IMG/VR virus record: IMGVR_UViG_2595698668_000001
Coordinates: 128,001-192,000 of that record
Origin: a virus
Taxonomy: Duplodnaviria; Caudoviricetes
Length of the DNA stretch: 64,000 bases
Reading direction: 5' to 3' (one strand)
How positions within the stretch are numbered: the stretch's first letter is position 1; each line of letters opens with the position of its first letter. The notes under the pieces are model-generated. The model did not search any database and was not told where the DNA came from. It saw nothing but the letters and a program-made list of their open reading frames with translations. Of this stretch, positions 9,842 to 19,240 are shown piece by piece. The position numbers and the translations under genes were made by a program.

Positions 9842-10021
9842 ATGAAAATGAAATGTATCATTTGTAAACAAAAAATTGAATCTCATCAAACCACTGTAGA
9901 TACTCCCCATGGTACTCTCCATTATCAAGGATGTTATGCATACTACAAAGATCAATTTGAAAACTCTAAACTGAACGAATCGGATTTGAGTTCTAAAATT
10001 GAAGAGGTGCAAATGCTGTAA
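9842..10021 (+). CDS. uvsY.-2: UvsY.-2-like small protein
   Basis: Hand translation MKMKCIICKQKI..VDTPHGTLHYQGCYAYY..EEVQML matches the T4 UvsY.-2 pattern (CxxC, H, C); adjacent to uvsY. Confidence 0.8.
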   Translation: MKMKCIICKQKIESHQTTVDTPHGTLHYQGCYAYYKDQFENSKLNESDLSSKIEEVQML

Positions 10022-10437
10022 TGGATTACTCATTGGAAAGCTTACAAGCCGAATTGGAAAAAGACCTTATTATCGACCGTGGTAATATTCAAAATTCCGC
10101 TATGGACAATCCAGTAATCTATGGGAAATGGATCCGGTATAAAGCAGACTTAAGCCGTCAGCGTATTGGTATTCATTCTTCGCATGTTGTTATCCTGAAA
10201 GATAGTCTAATGCACAATACTGGGCGTGGTGATGATATATGCGAGTTTGATTTTAGTGCAACTGAATTAAAAACTATCATCCCAGCGGACGATAACGTTC
10301 TTTTGTCATCCAAAAAACTGGATTATCTTGATCTTATGATTAAGTTTTGTGACGGTGCAATCGAATCTATCAGACAACGTGGGTTTAGCATTCGAGCGAT
10401 TGTTGACCACCAAGCCCTTATGGTTGGTGTAAAGTAA
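10021..10437 (+). CDS. uvsY: Recombination mediator protein
   Basis: LESLQAELEKDLIID, Y.KW, TGRGDD, ELK..I.AD, FC..A...I..RGF.I. Confidence 0.93.
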   Translation: MDYSLESLQAELEKDLIIDRGNIQNSAMDNPVIYGKWIRYKADLSRQRIGIHSSHVVILKDSLMHNTGRGDDICEFDFSATELKTIIPADDNVLLSSKKLDYLDLMIKFCDGAIESIRQRGFSIRAIVDHQALMVGVK

Positions 10438-10440
10438 AGT

Positions 10441-10475
10441 AAAATCCCAAGTGAATCAATCACTTGGGATTTTTT
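10441..10475 (+). terminator. Rho-independent terminator
   Basis: AAAATCCCAAGTGA-ATCAA-TCACTTGGGATTTTT. Confidence 0.85.
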
Positions 10476-10497
10476 GTATTTATTTTTCAAAAATCGC

Positions 10498-10525
10498 TTG
10501 CACCAAAATCCAGTTCTGGTAATAT
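10498..10525 (+). promoter_or_regulatory. Early promoter
   Basis: A-tract, TTGCAC-16-TAATAT with TG extension. Confidence 0.55.
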
Positions 10526-10572
10526 TACTCATGTCGGGACGGGTTGTCCCTCTTCTGAAAAGGAAATGAACC

Positions 10573-10800
10573 ATGACTATGACCGCTCAAGTTTTCTTCA
10601 CCACTCGTTCTGCTGCTCGTGTCGCTTCCTTCGGTAAAATGACCGACAACGGTAAAGATTCTGCAAATCGTTGGGCTCGTTCTGTAGAGGTTACCCCTTC
10701 TCAGAAAAAAGAGACTATGACCCTCACCCGAACTGGTCGTCGTGGACCTTCCACCCAGACTACCGTGGTTGTTAAGAAAATGAAAACCATGGTTCGCTAA
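10573..10800 (+). CDS. Small basic hypothetical early protein
   Basis: Strong SD (AAGGA), codon usage like highly expressed genes. Confidence 0.75.
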   Translation: MTMTAQVFFTTRSAARVASFGKMTDNGKDSANRWARSVEVTPSQKKETMTLTRTGRRGPSTQTTVVVKKMKTMVR

Positions 10801-10811
10801 GGAGAGATAAA

Positions 10812-11168
10812 ATGAATCACTACAACAATGAAGTTTTGAAAAATGGTGAATTTGGTAAAGTTATGGAGATCCGTGAACTGACTAACGAGGTTCGAAAAGA
10901 ACTTAATTGTCTTGTTCTAGAACACTCACGGGGAAAGAACCGCCAAAACTGCATCTTGACTCTCCTTTATGATGTAGACCCAGATCTCGCCCACATGTTT
11001 TCCGCGTCACGTTATGTTCGGGTTGGTGGGACGATCTATCAAAAAGAAAAATGTAGCGTTGGTTTCATTTCTCAGTTGGTCTATGAAACTCTGCGTGATT
11101 ATGAAAAATTCCTGATGAAACCAACAGGCTACGACCCACTGTTCGTTAAAAACAAAAAGCCCGCATAA
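10812..11168 (+). CDS. Hypothetical protein (weak resemblance to T4 Dda.1)
   Basis: SD GGAG; SRGKN...I..L..VD..L.H.F loosely recalls Dda.1. Confidence 0.6.
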   Translation: MNHYNNEVLKNGEFGKVMEIRELTNEVRKELNCLVLEHSRGKNRQNCILTLLYDVDPDLAHMFSASRYVRVGGTIYQKEKCSVGFISQLVYETLRDYEKFLMKPTGYDPLFVKNKKPA

Positions 11169-11178
11169 AGCGGGCTTT
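11156..11178. terminator. Bidirectional terminator between convergent genes
   Basis: AAAGCCCGC-ATAAA-GCGGGCTTT. Confidence 0.8.
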
Positions 11179-11183
11179 AAAAA

Positions 11184-11465
11184 TCAAAAGTCTTCTACTT
11201 CCTCACCACCTTCCTCTTGTTTAAAGGCTTCACGGCGACCATCGATTGCATCCCGGATCTGAATATCATCAGTATCCGAAATAGCAACGGATTTTATTCG
11301 ACTTTTATAATAACGTTCTAGTTCGTCAAGTCCTTTGGGTGTCATTGCTGACATAATTTTACCCAAAAACTTTTCGATACTTACAGCAGGTTTGTCATCA
11401 CCACCATCGGTGTTTTTTTCTTCTACCTCTTCTTGAAGGCGAAGATAATCAGCAAAATATATCAT
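11184..11465 (-). CDS. uvsW.1: UvsW.1 protein
   Basis: SIEKFLGKIMSAMTPKGLDELERYYKSR...SDTDDIQIRDAI.GRR matches T4 UvsW.1; likely start MIYFADY at 11465. Confidence 0.9.
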   Translation of the reverse strand: MIYFADYLRLQEEVEEKNTDGGDDKPAVSIEKFLGKIMSAMTPKGLDELERYYKSRIKSVAISDTDDIQIRDAIDGRREAFKQEEGGEEVEDF

Positions 11466-11466
11466 T

Positions 11467-12390
11467 TTATACCTCTTGAATAATTGATAATACTCTTGGT
11501 AAGTCTCTTTCATATATAGTCTCTGTATTACCAGAGTACAACCAATCAGACACACCAGAAAATTGTTGTTTTATTTTTTGTTCTATATTGAAAGGTACGT
11601 TTCCATCGTCATATAACCGTTTAAACACGTTTTCGGATATTTCCATATCTACACCACGTATATGTTCGGATGACCTTTCGTCGGGGTCTCTATTTGTTAT
11701 CCCATATTTGTATATAACAGGGAGACGTTCTGCTTTGTATTTATACACATAAAACCAACCAGATTTTGATTTGTCATATCCGCCGTGACTAGAACACCCA
11801 GAACACCTATAACCATTTATAAAATTGTTGGCAGTAGAACTATTTATTCCATGATCAGGGCAAATATATTCGAATCTCGATTTTTGGTTTTTATAGCCTT
11901 CTGGAAATCCTAAAAATTCATACCCAGAATCATCACATAAAGACTTAATGTGTGATGATATCTCTTTTAATGTCTTCCTTTTATTTTTACTACACGAAGG
12001 GCATCCAGTTTCTTTATTTACAAAATTTACATAAAATGATTTTTGTGTTCCATGATGTTTACATTCAAATACAACAGAACGCATATCATTTAACTCATAA
12101 TCAGAAAATTCTATAAATTTATATCCAGATTTTTCGCATCTTCGTTTTATTAAAATTTCGTGCTGTTCTTTTGTTAAATGCTTCTTTTTAGAGCACCCAC
12201 AATTGAAATTACCATTCTCCAAATTATATTTTGTTGTAGAGAACGGGTGTGGGTATAACTCTTTATCTTCCGAGCATATCGAACAAGTATATTCGAAATG
12301 GGTTCTTCCCAATTTTTTAATTTTATTAATTACAACAATTTTACCACCACGGTCGGTGGTAAAATTGGAACCTACGAAATCACATATCAA
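11467..12390 (-). mobile_element. Free-standing homing endonuclease (Zn-finger repeats + C-terminal GIY-YIG-like domain)
   Basis: Repeated CxxC / C..HG..GCP.C modules; GWFYVY...YKYGITNR...R..EH...E; AT-rich; inserted between uvsW and uvsW.1. Confidence 0.8.
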
Positions 12391-13892
12391 AGCAAAATCT
12401 CCTTGATCTGATAATCAAACATCTCACTTGCATATCTTTCGATACGAAGCATTGCATGTTTGTAAGCATAATTTTTATGTGCATATTTAACCGAGCCCGG
12501 TTTTGAATTTTTGGTCTCGATACATAGGTTATCTACAATATCCCATAGAGTGGCTATAGTCTTCTCACCATGCTTTCGAAGAACCCGACCAATACTCTGT
12601 AACGTGGTAACCTTAGATTTAAATGGGGAAGCGAATATAACGTGAAATAGCTTTTTGATAGAAATACCGGTTGAGAATATACCGATAGAAGCAACGATGA
12701 TCATTCCATCGCTACCTTCTGCAATTTTCTTAAGCTGATCCCGTTCCTCTACGTTAGTATCACCATTAGCAAAGAATACATTATCGTGCTTTTTGCTAAG
12801 GGCCTCATAAAGTTTCTTCCCATGTTCCTTATGCCTAAACAATATCAAGGTATTCTCTTTCTTCTCTTTGGCTAATTTTAAAGCCAAACGACACACAAAA
12901 GCATTTCTCTTTGTATGTTCCTCGATATATTTAATCTCTTGTTGATATTCTATTCCTTTAGTTAATACACAATCTTGTTTAGGATACCGCAAGAACAGGT
13001 TATTTATTTTAAGATCTGTTACTTGACCCTCTTCCATAAGTTGTTTAGTACTAACCGGCTTGAATACATCCCCAAACAAACCAACATACGACATAATATT
13101 ACATTTACCATCTTTCAAAGAACCACTCATACCCCATTTAAACGGGCACTCAGAGAGGTTTGTGATGATATTCTTAATCTCACTACCTACGTTGTGACAC
13201 TCATCAATCAAAAGAGCCCCAAATTGACGAAACCAATGAACAGGTTGTTTTGATGCACTTTGCCATGTACTAACGAATACTGGTGCTGGGTGATCTTTTG
13301 TTTTGCCAGCCATAATACCATGAGAAAATTCCCGTCTCATAAACTGGTAATCCGCGAAATCGTCCATCATCTGAGTAACAAGGGAGGTTGTTGGAACGAT
13401 CAGCAATATTTTCCCATCATAATTAGTCATATACCAGTAGCAAATAAGAGCTGCTATTAGGGATTTACCGGCAGATGTAGGAAGGTTTAAGATACCCCGG
13501 TTATTCTGAATTGCGTAATAAACCGCATCAGCCTGATACCAGTGAGCGGTAATCTTATTTCCCCCAGAATATATATCAATATCCGCCAACCATTTGTCAA
13601 ACTCTTCTCTAGATGTGAAATGGCTAATAGGGGTGAAGTCTTCTTCTTTTTCAAATTCGTATTCGTTTCTAGCGCAATATTTCTCAAGGTTATTGACCAG
13701 ACCATAAGGGAATTTCCCATCCGGTTGTAGGAGACGGATCCGACCATCCCAACCGCTATATTTAAACTTAGGATTAAATCTAGCGCCACCTTCCGTCTCA
13801 AATGAATAATACTCTCTCAACTCCATGAAGATGTCACGTTCACACTCAATAATCGCATTACTATAGTCGTTGAATTTAACTGATACTTTCAT
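12387..13892 (-). CDS. uvsW: UvsW SF2 RNA-DNA/DNA helicase
   Basis: WDGRIRL, LPTSAGKS, VPTTSLV.QM, DECH, GMSGS, STGISIK.L, QSIGRVLR. Confidence 0.97.
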   Translation of the reverse strand: MKVSVKFNDYSNAIIECERDIFMELREYYSFETEGGARFNPKFKYSGWDGRIRLLQPDGKFPYGLVNNLEKYCARNEYEFEKEEDFTPISHFTSREEFDKWLADIDIYSGGNKITAHWYQADAVYYAIQNNRGILNLPTSAGKSLIAALICYWYMTNYDGKILLIVPTTSLVTQMMDDFADYQFMRREFSHGIMAGKTKDHPAPVFVSTWQSASKQPVHWFRQFGALLIDECHNVGSEIKNIITNLSECPFKWGMSGSLKDGKCNIMSYVGLFGDVFKPVSTKQLMEEGQVTDLKINNLFLRYPKQDCVLTKGIEYQQEIKYIEEHTKRNAFVCRLALKLAKEKKENTLILFRHKEHGKKLYEALSKKHDNVFFANGDTNVEERDQLKKIAEGSDGMIIVASIGIFSTGISIKKLFHVIFASPFKSKVTTLQSIGRVLRKHGEKTIATLWDIVDNLCIETKNSKPGSVKYAHKNYAYKHAMLRIERYASEMFDYQIKEILL

Positions 13893-13926
13893 CTCATCTC
13901 TCTTTAAATTTTTCACATATATAATT

Positions 13927-13947
13927 TATTTAGGGTAACACTAAATA
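13927..13947. promoter_or_regulatory. Back-to-back divergent late promoters (uvsW / 13993 ORF)
   Basis: TATTTAG-GGTAACA-CTAAATA. Confidence 0.7.
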
Positions 13948-13992
13948 AATGCGAGGGAATACCATTTCCTCATGACGTAGGGAGAAAATAAA

Positions 13993-14355
13993 ATGCTTAT
14001 AAATAGTAAGCTGTTTAAAGACACCCTACCCGTCCTAACCGTTATTGTGGCGATTTGGGCCTCTATATTTTCATATAATGAATTTATAGCGGATTCCCGC
14101 CAAGTAGCTTTTAAAGAGCAAATCACTTCCCACATGGACAAATCTATAGATAACCTAAGAACGGAGATTAAATCTCTCCCAAATAAGGATTCTGTAGAAA
14201 CTGCTCAACTGCGGGCAATGCTTTATAGCAAGGATCTTATCGATGAGGTTAATAGGGGGAACCGAGTTGAATTGGAGAGACTTGAGAAGCGGATCAGTGA
14301 AATGGAAAACGCCAGAGTTGAGAAGAAAACTCAAACAAAACGCGAGGACGGTTAA
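13993..14355 (+). CDS. Membrane-anchored coiled-coil protein, late-expressed
   Basis: Hydrophobic LPVLTVIVAIWASIFSY then a heptad-rich region; SD GGGAG; late promoter upstream. Confidence 0.7.
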   Translation: MLINSKLFKDTLPVLTVIVAIWASIFSYNEFIADSRQVAFKEQITSHMDKSIDNLRTEIKSLPNKDSVETAQLRAMLYSKDLIDEVNRGNRVELERLEKRISEMENARVEKKTQTKREDG

Positions 14356-14415
14356 GTTGTCTAACGTGGGTCATGATGCAATTTGCTCATGGCCTTTTTT
14401 CTTTTTAAAAAGGGG

Positions 14416-14445
14416 TTGACTCATGAAACTTATGTGTAGTATTAT
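14416..14445 (+). promoter_or_regulatory. Early promoter
   Basis: A-tract, TTGACT-18-TATTAT. Confidence 0.6.
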
Positions 14446-14477
14446 CTATCTCGTTGAGACACGAAAGAGGAATTACA

Positions 14478-14960
14478 ATGCTGAATGATCCTTATGAGTT
14501 GTTTTTTGATATGGATGGGGTGATGGCGGACTGGTGTCGTGCATTCGATGCTCGTTTTGGTGCGGGTGCGGCGGAACAGTTTGATAGCCTGAACAAAGAA
14601 GAGAAGAACCTTATCAAAGAAGAACTGGCAAATGGTAATTTCTATCGTCATCTTCCGGTGATGGAAAAGGGGGTTTCTCTGGTTATTGAGATGGTTCGTC
14701 AGGGTCGCAAGGTAAGTATTTTGACTAGCGTCGGTCGTCAAAACCCAGAAAACGTAGTTCGCCAGAAGAAAGGTTGGATCTCTTATGTATATCCCGCTGA
14801 TGTTGCTGCGGTTCTGTTAGAAAACTTCCATTATACCCTGTGTAGCGAAGACAAAGCCGCGTTTGCTCGTCCGAACGTTTGTCTGGTTGATGACCGTGCT
14901 AAGAGTCGCATCCCGTTCATCGCTGCTGGTGGTGTTGCTGTTGATATCGCTGACCTTTAA
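14478..14960 (+). CDS. HAD-family 5'(3')-deoxyribonucleotidase-like phosphatase
   Basis: FFDMDGVMADW, ILTS, K..W, K..FA...LVDDR, F.AAGG. Confidence 0.82.
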   Translation: MLNDPYELFFDMDGVMADWCRAFDARFGAGAAEQFDSLNKEEKNLIKEELANGNFYRHLPVMEKGVSLVIEMVRQGRKVSILTSVGRQNPENVVRQKKGWISYVYPADVAAVLLENFHYTLCSEDKAAFARPNVCLVDDRAKSRIPFIAAGGVAVDIADL

Positions 14961-14966
14961 GAGGAA

Positions 14967-15287
14967 TTGATTATGTTGGTAGAAAGTTTGTCTGTTGGTG
15001 TTGTTTGTCTTGGTCTGGCATATGGTCTTGACAAGTTTTTGGGAACTGGTATCTTTTCTTGGAAAGAGAAAACCCCATCAAAATTGATGCGATCTAACTC
15101 AGATCAAGATTCAGTAATGAGGAACCAACACAACCAAAAAGGTATGATCGCCAAAAATGTGTTTGGTAAATTTTATGGTGGAAAGCATAAAGCTAGGGTA
15201 AACTATGTCGAGAAAGAACTTTGTGTTCCACACCCGGTAATTGTTAACTTTATGAACAACCTTTATAAAGAAAGGAAACAAAAATGA
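14967..15287 (+). CDS. Hypothetical protein with N-terminal membrane segment
   Basis: ORF in operon; hydrophobic N-terminus. Confidence 0.65.
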   Translation: MIMLVESLSVGVVCLGLAYGLDKFLGTGIFSWKEKTPSKLMRSNSDQDSVMRNQHNQKGMIAKNVFGKFYGGKHKARVNYVEKELCVPHPVIVNFMNNLYKERKQK

Positions 15288-15607
15288 GTAATGAAGAATT
15301 GCAAGTAGAATATCCAAACATTTATTTTTCGAAGTACAGTACAGGGTCTTATTGGCGAAAAGGGGCTGGTGGAAGGGATGCAGAAGCACTACCACGAAAC
15401 AAACCACTTGAGTTTCTTAACGAACAGTGCGGTTTGGTAAATGTAGGTGTTCGATATTTTGTATGTACTTGTTGTGGTACTGCACAAGACGAAGACCAAC
15501 TGGTGGGTAATGTGTTTGCGGGGAAATATTGCAAAACCTGCTATGACAAAGAGCCACAAATTCGCAAATCTATTGCCGAAAGCAAAAAACCCGGTTTTTA
15601 TGACTAA
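15284..15607 (+). CDS. Hypothetical Zn-finger protein
   Basis: CTCC...CKTC motif; ATGA overlap with upstream ORF. Confidence 0.7.
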   Translation: MSNEELQVEYPNIYFSKYSTGSYWRKGAGGRDAEALPRNKPLEFLNEQCGLVNVGVRYFVCTCCGTAQDEDQLVGNVFAGKYCKTCYDKEPQIRKSIAESKKPGFYD

Positions 15608-15622
15608 ATAAAAGGAAATAAT

Positions 15623-16624
15623 ATGATTTTTGTAAAATATAACTCTCTTGAGAACCACTATCGTCAAAACGTCATCGACTCTTTTACAACTTCCGGATAT
15701 ACTGCAAAGGGTGTTGAATGGGTTGCAATGGAAAAGATTCATGGTACGAATTTTCAACTTGCTGTAAATGATGAACATGTACAGGCGGGTCGTCGAACTG
15801 ATCTTATTGGTGATTTTGACCAGTTTTATGAAGCAGACCTGATTGTAAAGAAATATCATGACAATGCACGAAAAGTATACGACTTTGTTAAACAAAAACA
15901 CCCAGAAGTTGATCAAGTAACAATCTTCGGGGAATATGCCGGTAATCTTACTACTGGTAAAATGATTCAAAAGGAAGTAGAATATGGAGATCAAGACTTT
16001 TATGTGTTTGATATCTTCATTTTCTCTGGTGAAACTGGAATGTACCTCTCCCACGATTTCGTGATGGAGTCCATCAGAGGAATCTTCAAACATGCCCCGG
16101 TTATCTACCGTGGGGATTTCGATGGTGTGACAAAACTCCCGAACGACTTCCAATCCGTTGTTATCCCAAACAACAAAGAAGGAAAATTCGGTCTGGTGGT
16201 AGGAACTGATAACATTGCGGAGGGGTTTGTTGCGAAGACAGTAGACCCACATTATACCCGTCAAGGTCGGACTATTTTCAAATCTAAAAACTCCAAGTTT
16301 ACCGAGAAAGGGAAATCTGACAAACCGGTAAAGGTAAAAGAGCCTCTGGGTGAATCTGATCTTGCTATGGTCCATGAGATCGCAGAATATATCAACGTAA
16401 ATCGTCTTAAAAACGTCCTAAGTAAGATCGGGATCCCTACCACTAAAGAGTTTGGTAAGGTTTCTGGTAACCTCTCGAAAGACGCAATCGAAGATTTCAC
16501 GAAGGATACCAACAAAAACCTACGAGATGCAGAACGACCTTCTGATGTGGGTAAAGCAGTGAACAACCTAGCAGGGGAACTTGTTCGGGAACACTGGATG
16601 AATATCCTTGATGGAAATTTCTAA
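15623..16624 (+). CDS. rnlB: RNA ligase 2
   Basis: F.KYNSLENHY, EKIHGTNF (motif I), FGE.AG..IQKEV.YG..FY.FDI, EGFV, K.KN.KF.E. Confidence 0.95.
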   Translation: MIFVKYNSLENHYRQNVIDSFTTSGYTAKGVEWVAMEKIHGTNFQLAVNDEHVQAGRRTDLIGDFDQFYEADLIVKKYHDNARKVYDFVKQKHPEVDQVTIFGEYAGNLTTGKMIQKEVEYGDQDFYVFDIFIFSGETGMYLSHDFVMESIRGIFKHAPVIYRGDFDGVTKLPNDFQSVVIPNNKEGKFGLVVGTDNIAEGFVAKTVDPHYTRQGRTIFKSKNSKFTEKGKSDKPVKVKEPLGESDLAMVHEIAEYINVNRLKNVLSKIGIPTTKEFGKVSGNLSKDAIEDFTKDTNKNLRDAERPSDVGKAVNNLAGELVREHWMNILDGNF

Positions 16625-16634
16625 AAATAAATGA

Positions 16635-16672
16635 AAAAAGGCTTGCCAACGGGTAAGCCTTTTTGATATCTT
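16635..16672 (+). promoter_or_regulatory. Composite terminator hairpin + early promoter (PeSL-like)
   Basis: AAAAGGCTTGCC-AACG-GGTAAGCCTTTT hairpin whose 5' arm contains -35 TTGCCA; -10 TATCTT 18 nt later. Confidence 0.65.
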
Positions 16673-16707
16673 ATACATATCGAAACAAGAGACAGAAAGG
16701 ACGAATC

Positions 16708-17343
16708 ATGAACAACGAAAAATTCAATGAAATTATGGAAAACGTAGTTGGTATGGTAGAAGCCGGTTTTGTTTCTAAGGCCGGTCAGAAACGCGCCCTG
16801 AACGAATGCACAAAAATGATGGATCTGGTGCGAGCCGAATTTTCTTCCTTCTATCTGGACTCCATTAGTATCGAACAGCGTAATATGGATCTTCCGGAAC
16901 ACGAAGCGGCGGTAGACCTTTATTATGCACATCCAAACACCGCAACTTTTGCCAAATATCTGGTAAAAGCAGAAAAAGCAATGCCTTGGATGGATAAAGC
17001 TCTGTGTGAAGAATTGGTTTCTATGGGTGAACAGGTTGTTGCTATGATTGCAACAGTTAAAAACGCCCCCATCAACCAACCAGAACCGAAAGTTAGCGAG
17101 AAAGAAGCAGTCATCAAGAAAAACATCATGGAAATCATGGAACTTCGGGGTGAACAGTTCAACCGGTGTCTTCGTTTGGATGAGATGTTTGGTCGGATGA
17201 TGGTAACCGCTAACGTTCACCTTGTTCGTGGACACAAAGGTACTGTGTTTGTTCGCGCCTTCTACTACGTTTGTGGTCACCTGACCCCTCTGAACGTAAT
17301 CATTGCTGCAATGGAAGAAGCAGCAAAAAAAGAAACCAAATAA
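16708..17343 (+). CDS. Hypothetical early protein
   Basis: ATG 16708 after AAGGA SD; C-terminal NVH.V..HKGT.F.RAFYY..G.LTPLN.I motif. Confidence 0.75.
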   Translation: MNNEKFNEIMENVVGMVEAGFVSKAGQKRALNECTKMMDLVRAEFSSFYLDSISIEQRNMDLPEHEAAVDLYYAHPNTATFAKYLVKAEKAMPWMDKALCEELVSMGEQVVAMIATVKNAPINQPEPKVSEKEAVIKKNIMEIMELRGEQFNRCLRLDEMFGRMMVTANVHLVRGHKGTVFVRAFYYVCGHLTPLNVIIAAMEEAAKKETK

Positions 17344-17364
17344 CTTTAAATTGAGGAATGAAAA

Positions 17365-18084
17365 ATGAAAAAGCGGTTTGTTAGTTTTGCTATCTTAGGT
17401 GCGATGTGCGCTATTAGTGCGGTACAGGTTAATGCCGCATCTTTTGATTGTGAGAAAGCATCAAGCAAAATAGAACGAACTATTTGTACAGACGAACGTT
17501 TGAGTGAATCAGACGAGAAACTAAATTCTGTTTATAAAGAAGTTCGAAAAATTAACCCGGCGATTATTGAAGGTCAGCGGGATTGGGTCAAACGTCGTAA
17601 TAAAGCATCTTCAATCGAAGAACTCGACCAACTTCATGAAACACGGATCCAAGAACTTGAATCCATGCTTAAACCAATCATCGAACAAGATGATGAAAGT
17701 GTATTCACTCGTTCCGAACAACCAAAAATCAAGAAAGTGTCTGTTGTTGAAAATAAAAACGTAGTGAAAGACATTAAATATTATATCGATGAAGTACAGC
17801 GCACTGGTGGAATGACTAATAAGGATGGATTCTTTTCCGCAAAAGAAGTGGGTAAGGGTTATCCTAGTTGGTTAAAAGGTTGTGGGATGGTTGTGGGTGA
17901 AGCACACGGTACAAAATATTTCATTAGTGACGCCAAGAAATATGGTCAATTTGATATCTATATCCAGAATGAATTGAGCTTTAAAACTGTCGCGGCTAAT
18001 ATCATGATTAAAAATATGGTAGATTCCGTAAAAGGCGATCTAGGTCTTGTTAAAATTATGTGTGATTCCGGAGAATTATATTAA
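17365..18084 (+). CDS. Secreted protein with LprI-like (lysozyme-inhibitor) N-terminal domain
   Basis: Signal peptide (..VNA|ASFDC), ASFDCEKAS..IERTIC...LS..D..L...Y...QR.W.K.RN. Confidence 0.72.
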   Translation: MKKRFVSFAILGAMCAISAVQVNAASFDCEKASSKIERTICTDERLSESDEKLNSVYKEVRKINPAIIEGQRDWVKRRNKASSIEELDQLHETRIQELESMLKPIIEQDDESVFTRSEQPKIKKVSVVENKNVVKDIKYYIDEVQRTGGMTNKDGFFSAKEVGKGYPSWLKGCGMVVGEAHGTKYFISDAKKYGQFDIYIQNELSFKTVAANIMIKNMVDSVKGDLGLVKIMCDSGELY

Positions 18085-18350
18085 TGAACCTCAAAGCTCG
18101 TGAATTGATGATAGAGCTATTCAATAACGGGATCGAGTGTAGGTTGGTATCTTCATCCACAAGCTCTTATATCGACGTACAGGGGCATATGGTGAGGGTT
18201 TCAGATCACGGAGGTCATTCTAAGTTCAAAGGAACTCAGATCCGAAAAGACCATGGCTATAAAAAGACCAAATATGGTATGATCTTTGGGTATAACGAGA
18301 TTGGAATGGCAGTAAAATATCTCAAATCCCTAAATACATTAACAAACTAA
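18084..18350 (+). CDS. Hypothetical protein
   Basis: ORF coupled to upstream gene; S.YI......RVSDH motif. Confidence 0.7.
   Translation: MNLKARELMIELFNNGIECRLVSSSTSSYIDVQGHMVRVSDHGGHSKFKGTQIRKDHGYKKTKYGMIFGYNEIGMAVKYLKSLNTLTN
18329..18336 (+). promoter_or_regulatory. Late promoter CCTAAATA for inh
   Basis: Consensus motif upstream of inh. Confidence 0.7.
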
Positions 18351-18362
18351 GAGGAATGCGAA

Positions 18363-19235
18363 ATGGCATTGAATTATGTAGAAGAACCAGTAGAAAAAGA
18401 AACTAAACCAAAAAAGTCTACTGCGAAAAAACAAAAAGAACTTGACCTTGGGGTAATCAACGAAATTGTTGATGCTAATACCGCACCAGAAGCAAAGGCT
18501 AAAATTCAAGCATATGCTAAAGAGTGTGGATTTAAAATTAGCAAGTCTAATACTTCTGTTGACGATATGATCGTCAAACTCCTTGAAATGGCGGACGCCA
18601 AAGAGAATGAAAAACTGGATCTTGCACCAGAACCAAAAGAAAAAACCCCTTTTATTGAACCTGTTGTAGTCGATGATGAATTCGACGTTGTAGATGAGGT
18701 TATTGAACTTGGTGTGGTTGAATCAATCAAAATTGATGATGGGGTAGTTAATATAAATACTCCAAACGATGTGAAAATTGAATTCACTCCACCAAAACCA
18801 CTAGAATATGTTGATGCTTCTGGGTTTAAAACTCTAGACGAATTAATTGAAGATGAAAAGACGTTTGTTAAAGAAAAAATGAAATCTGAAATTGAGGAAC
18901 CAAAGGATGATTGGTCTCCAATTGCAGGACCAGAGCGCGGTTTAATCCCATCGTTAAAGAATAATCAAAACCAATATACCAGAGAACCAGATTTGACCTA
19001 TGGTTTCAAACCAAAAGTAAATCTAATTGGTGCAGTTGGAAACCAATACCTTAATTGCCCATATTGGATTCTTGATTGGATTCTTGAGAAGGGGCCGACT
19101 TGGAAGAGTATTATTGATACTCATGAACGTGAACCGGATAAAGCACTTCTGAAAACAGTTCTTTATTACATCCAGATTAATGGCAGCGTGACATTGCGAG
19201 AAAGTCGAAATTCTCGTTTCCATACCATTTACTAA
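18363..19235 (+). CDS. inh: Inhibitor of prohead protease
   Basis: AK.K...YA...G.K..K, and C-terminal F.P...L.G..Y...PYWILDWI...W...L.YYI..NGSV..RESRNS.F. Confidence 0.88.
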   Translation: MALNYVEEPVEKETKPKKSTAKKQKELDLGVINEIVDANTAPEAKAKIQAYAKECGFKISKSNTSVDDMIVKLLEMADAKENEKLDLAPEPKEKTPFIEPVVVDDEFDVVDEVIELGVVESIKIDDGVVNINTPNDVKIEFTPPKPLEYVDASGFKTLDELIEDEKTFVKEKMKSEIEEPKDDWSPIAGPERGLIPSLKNNQNQYTREPDLTYGFKPKVNLIGAVGNQYLNCPYWILDWILEKGPTWKSIIDTHEREPDKALLKTVLYYIQINGSVTLRESRNSRFHTIY

Positions 19236-19240
19236 TATCT

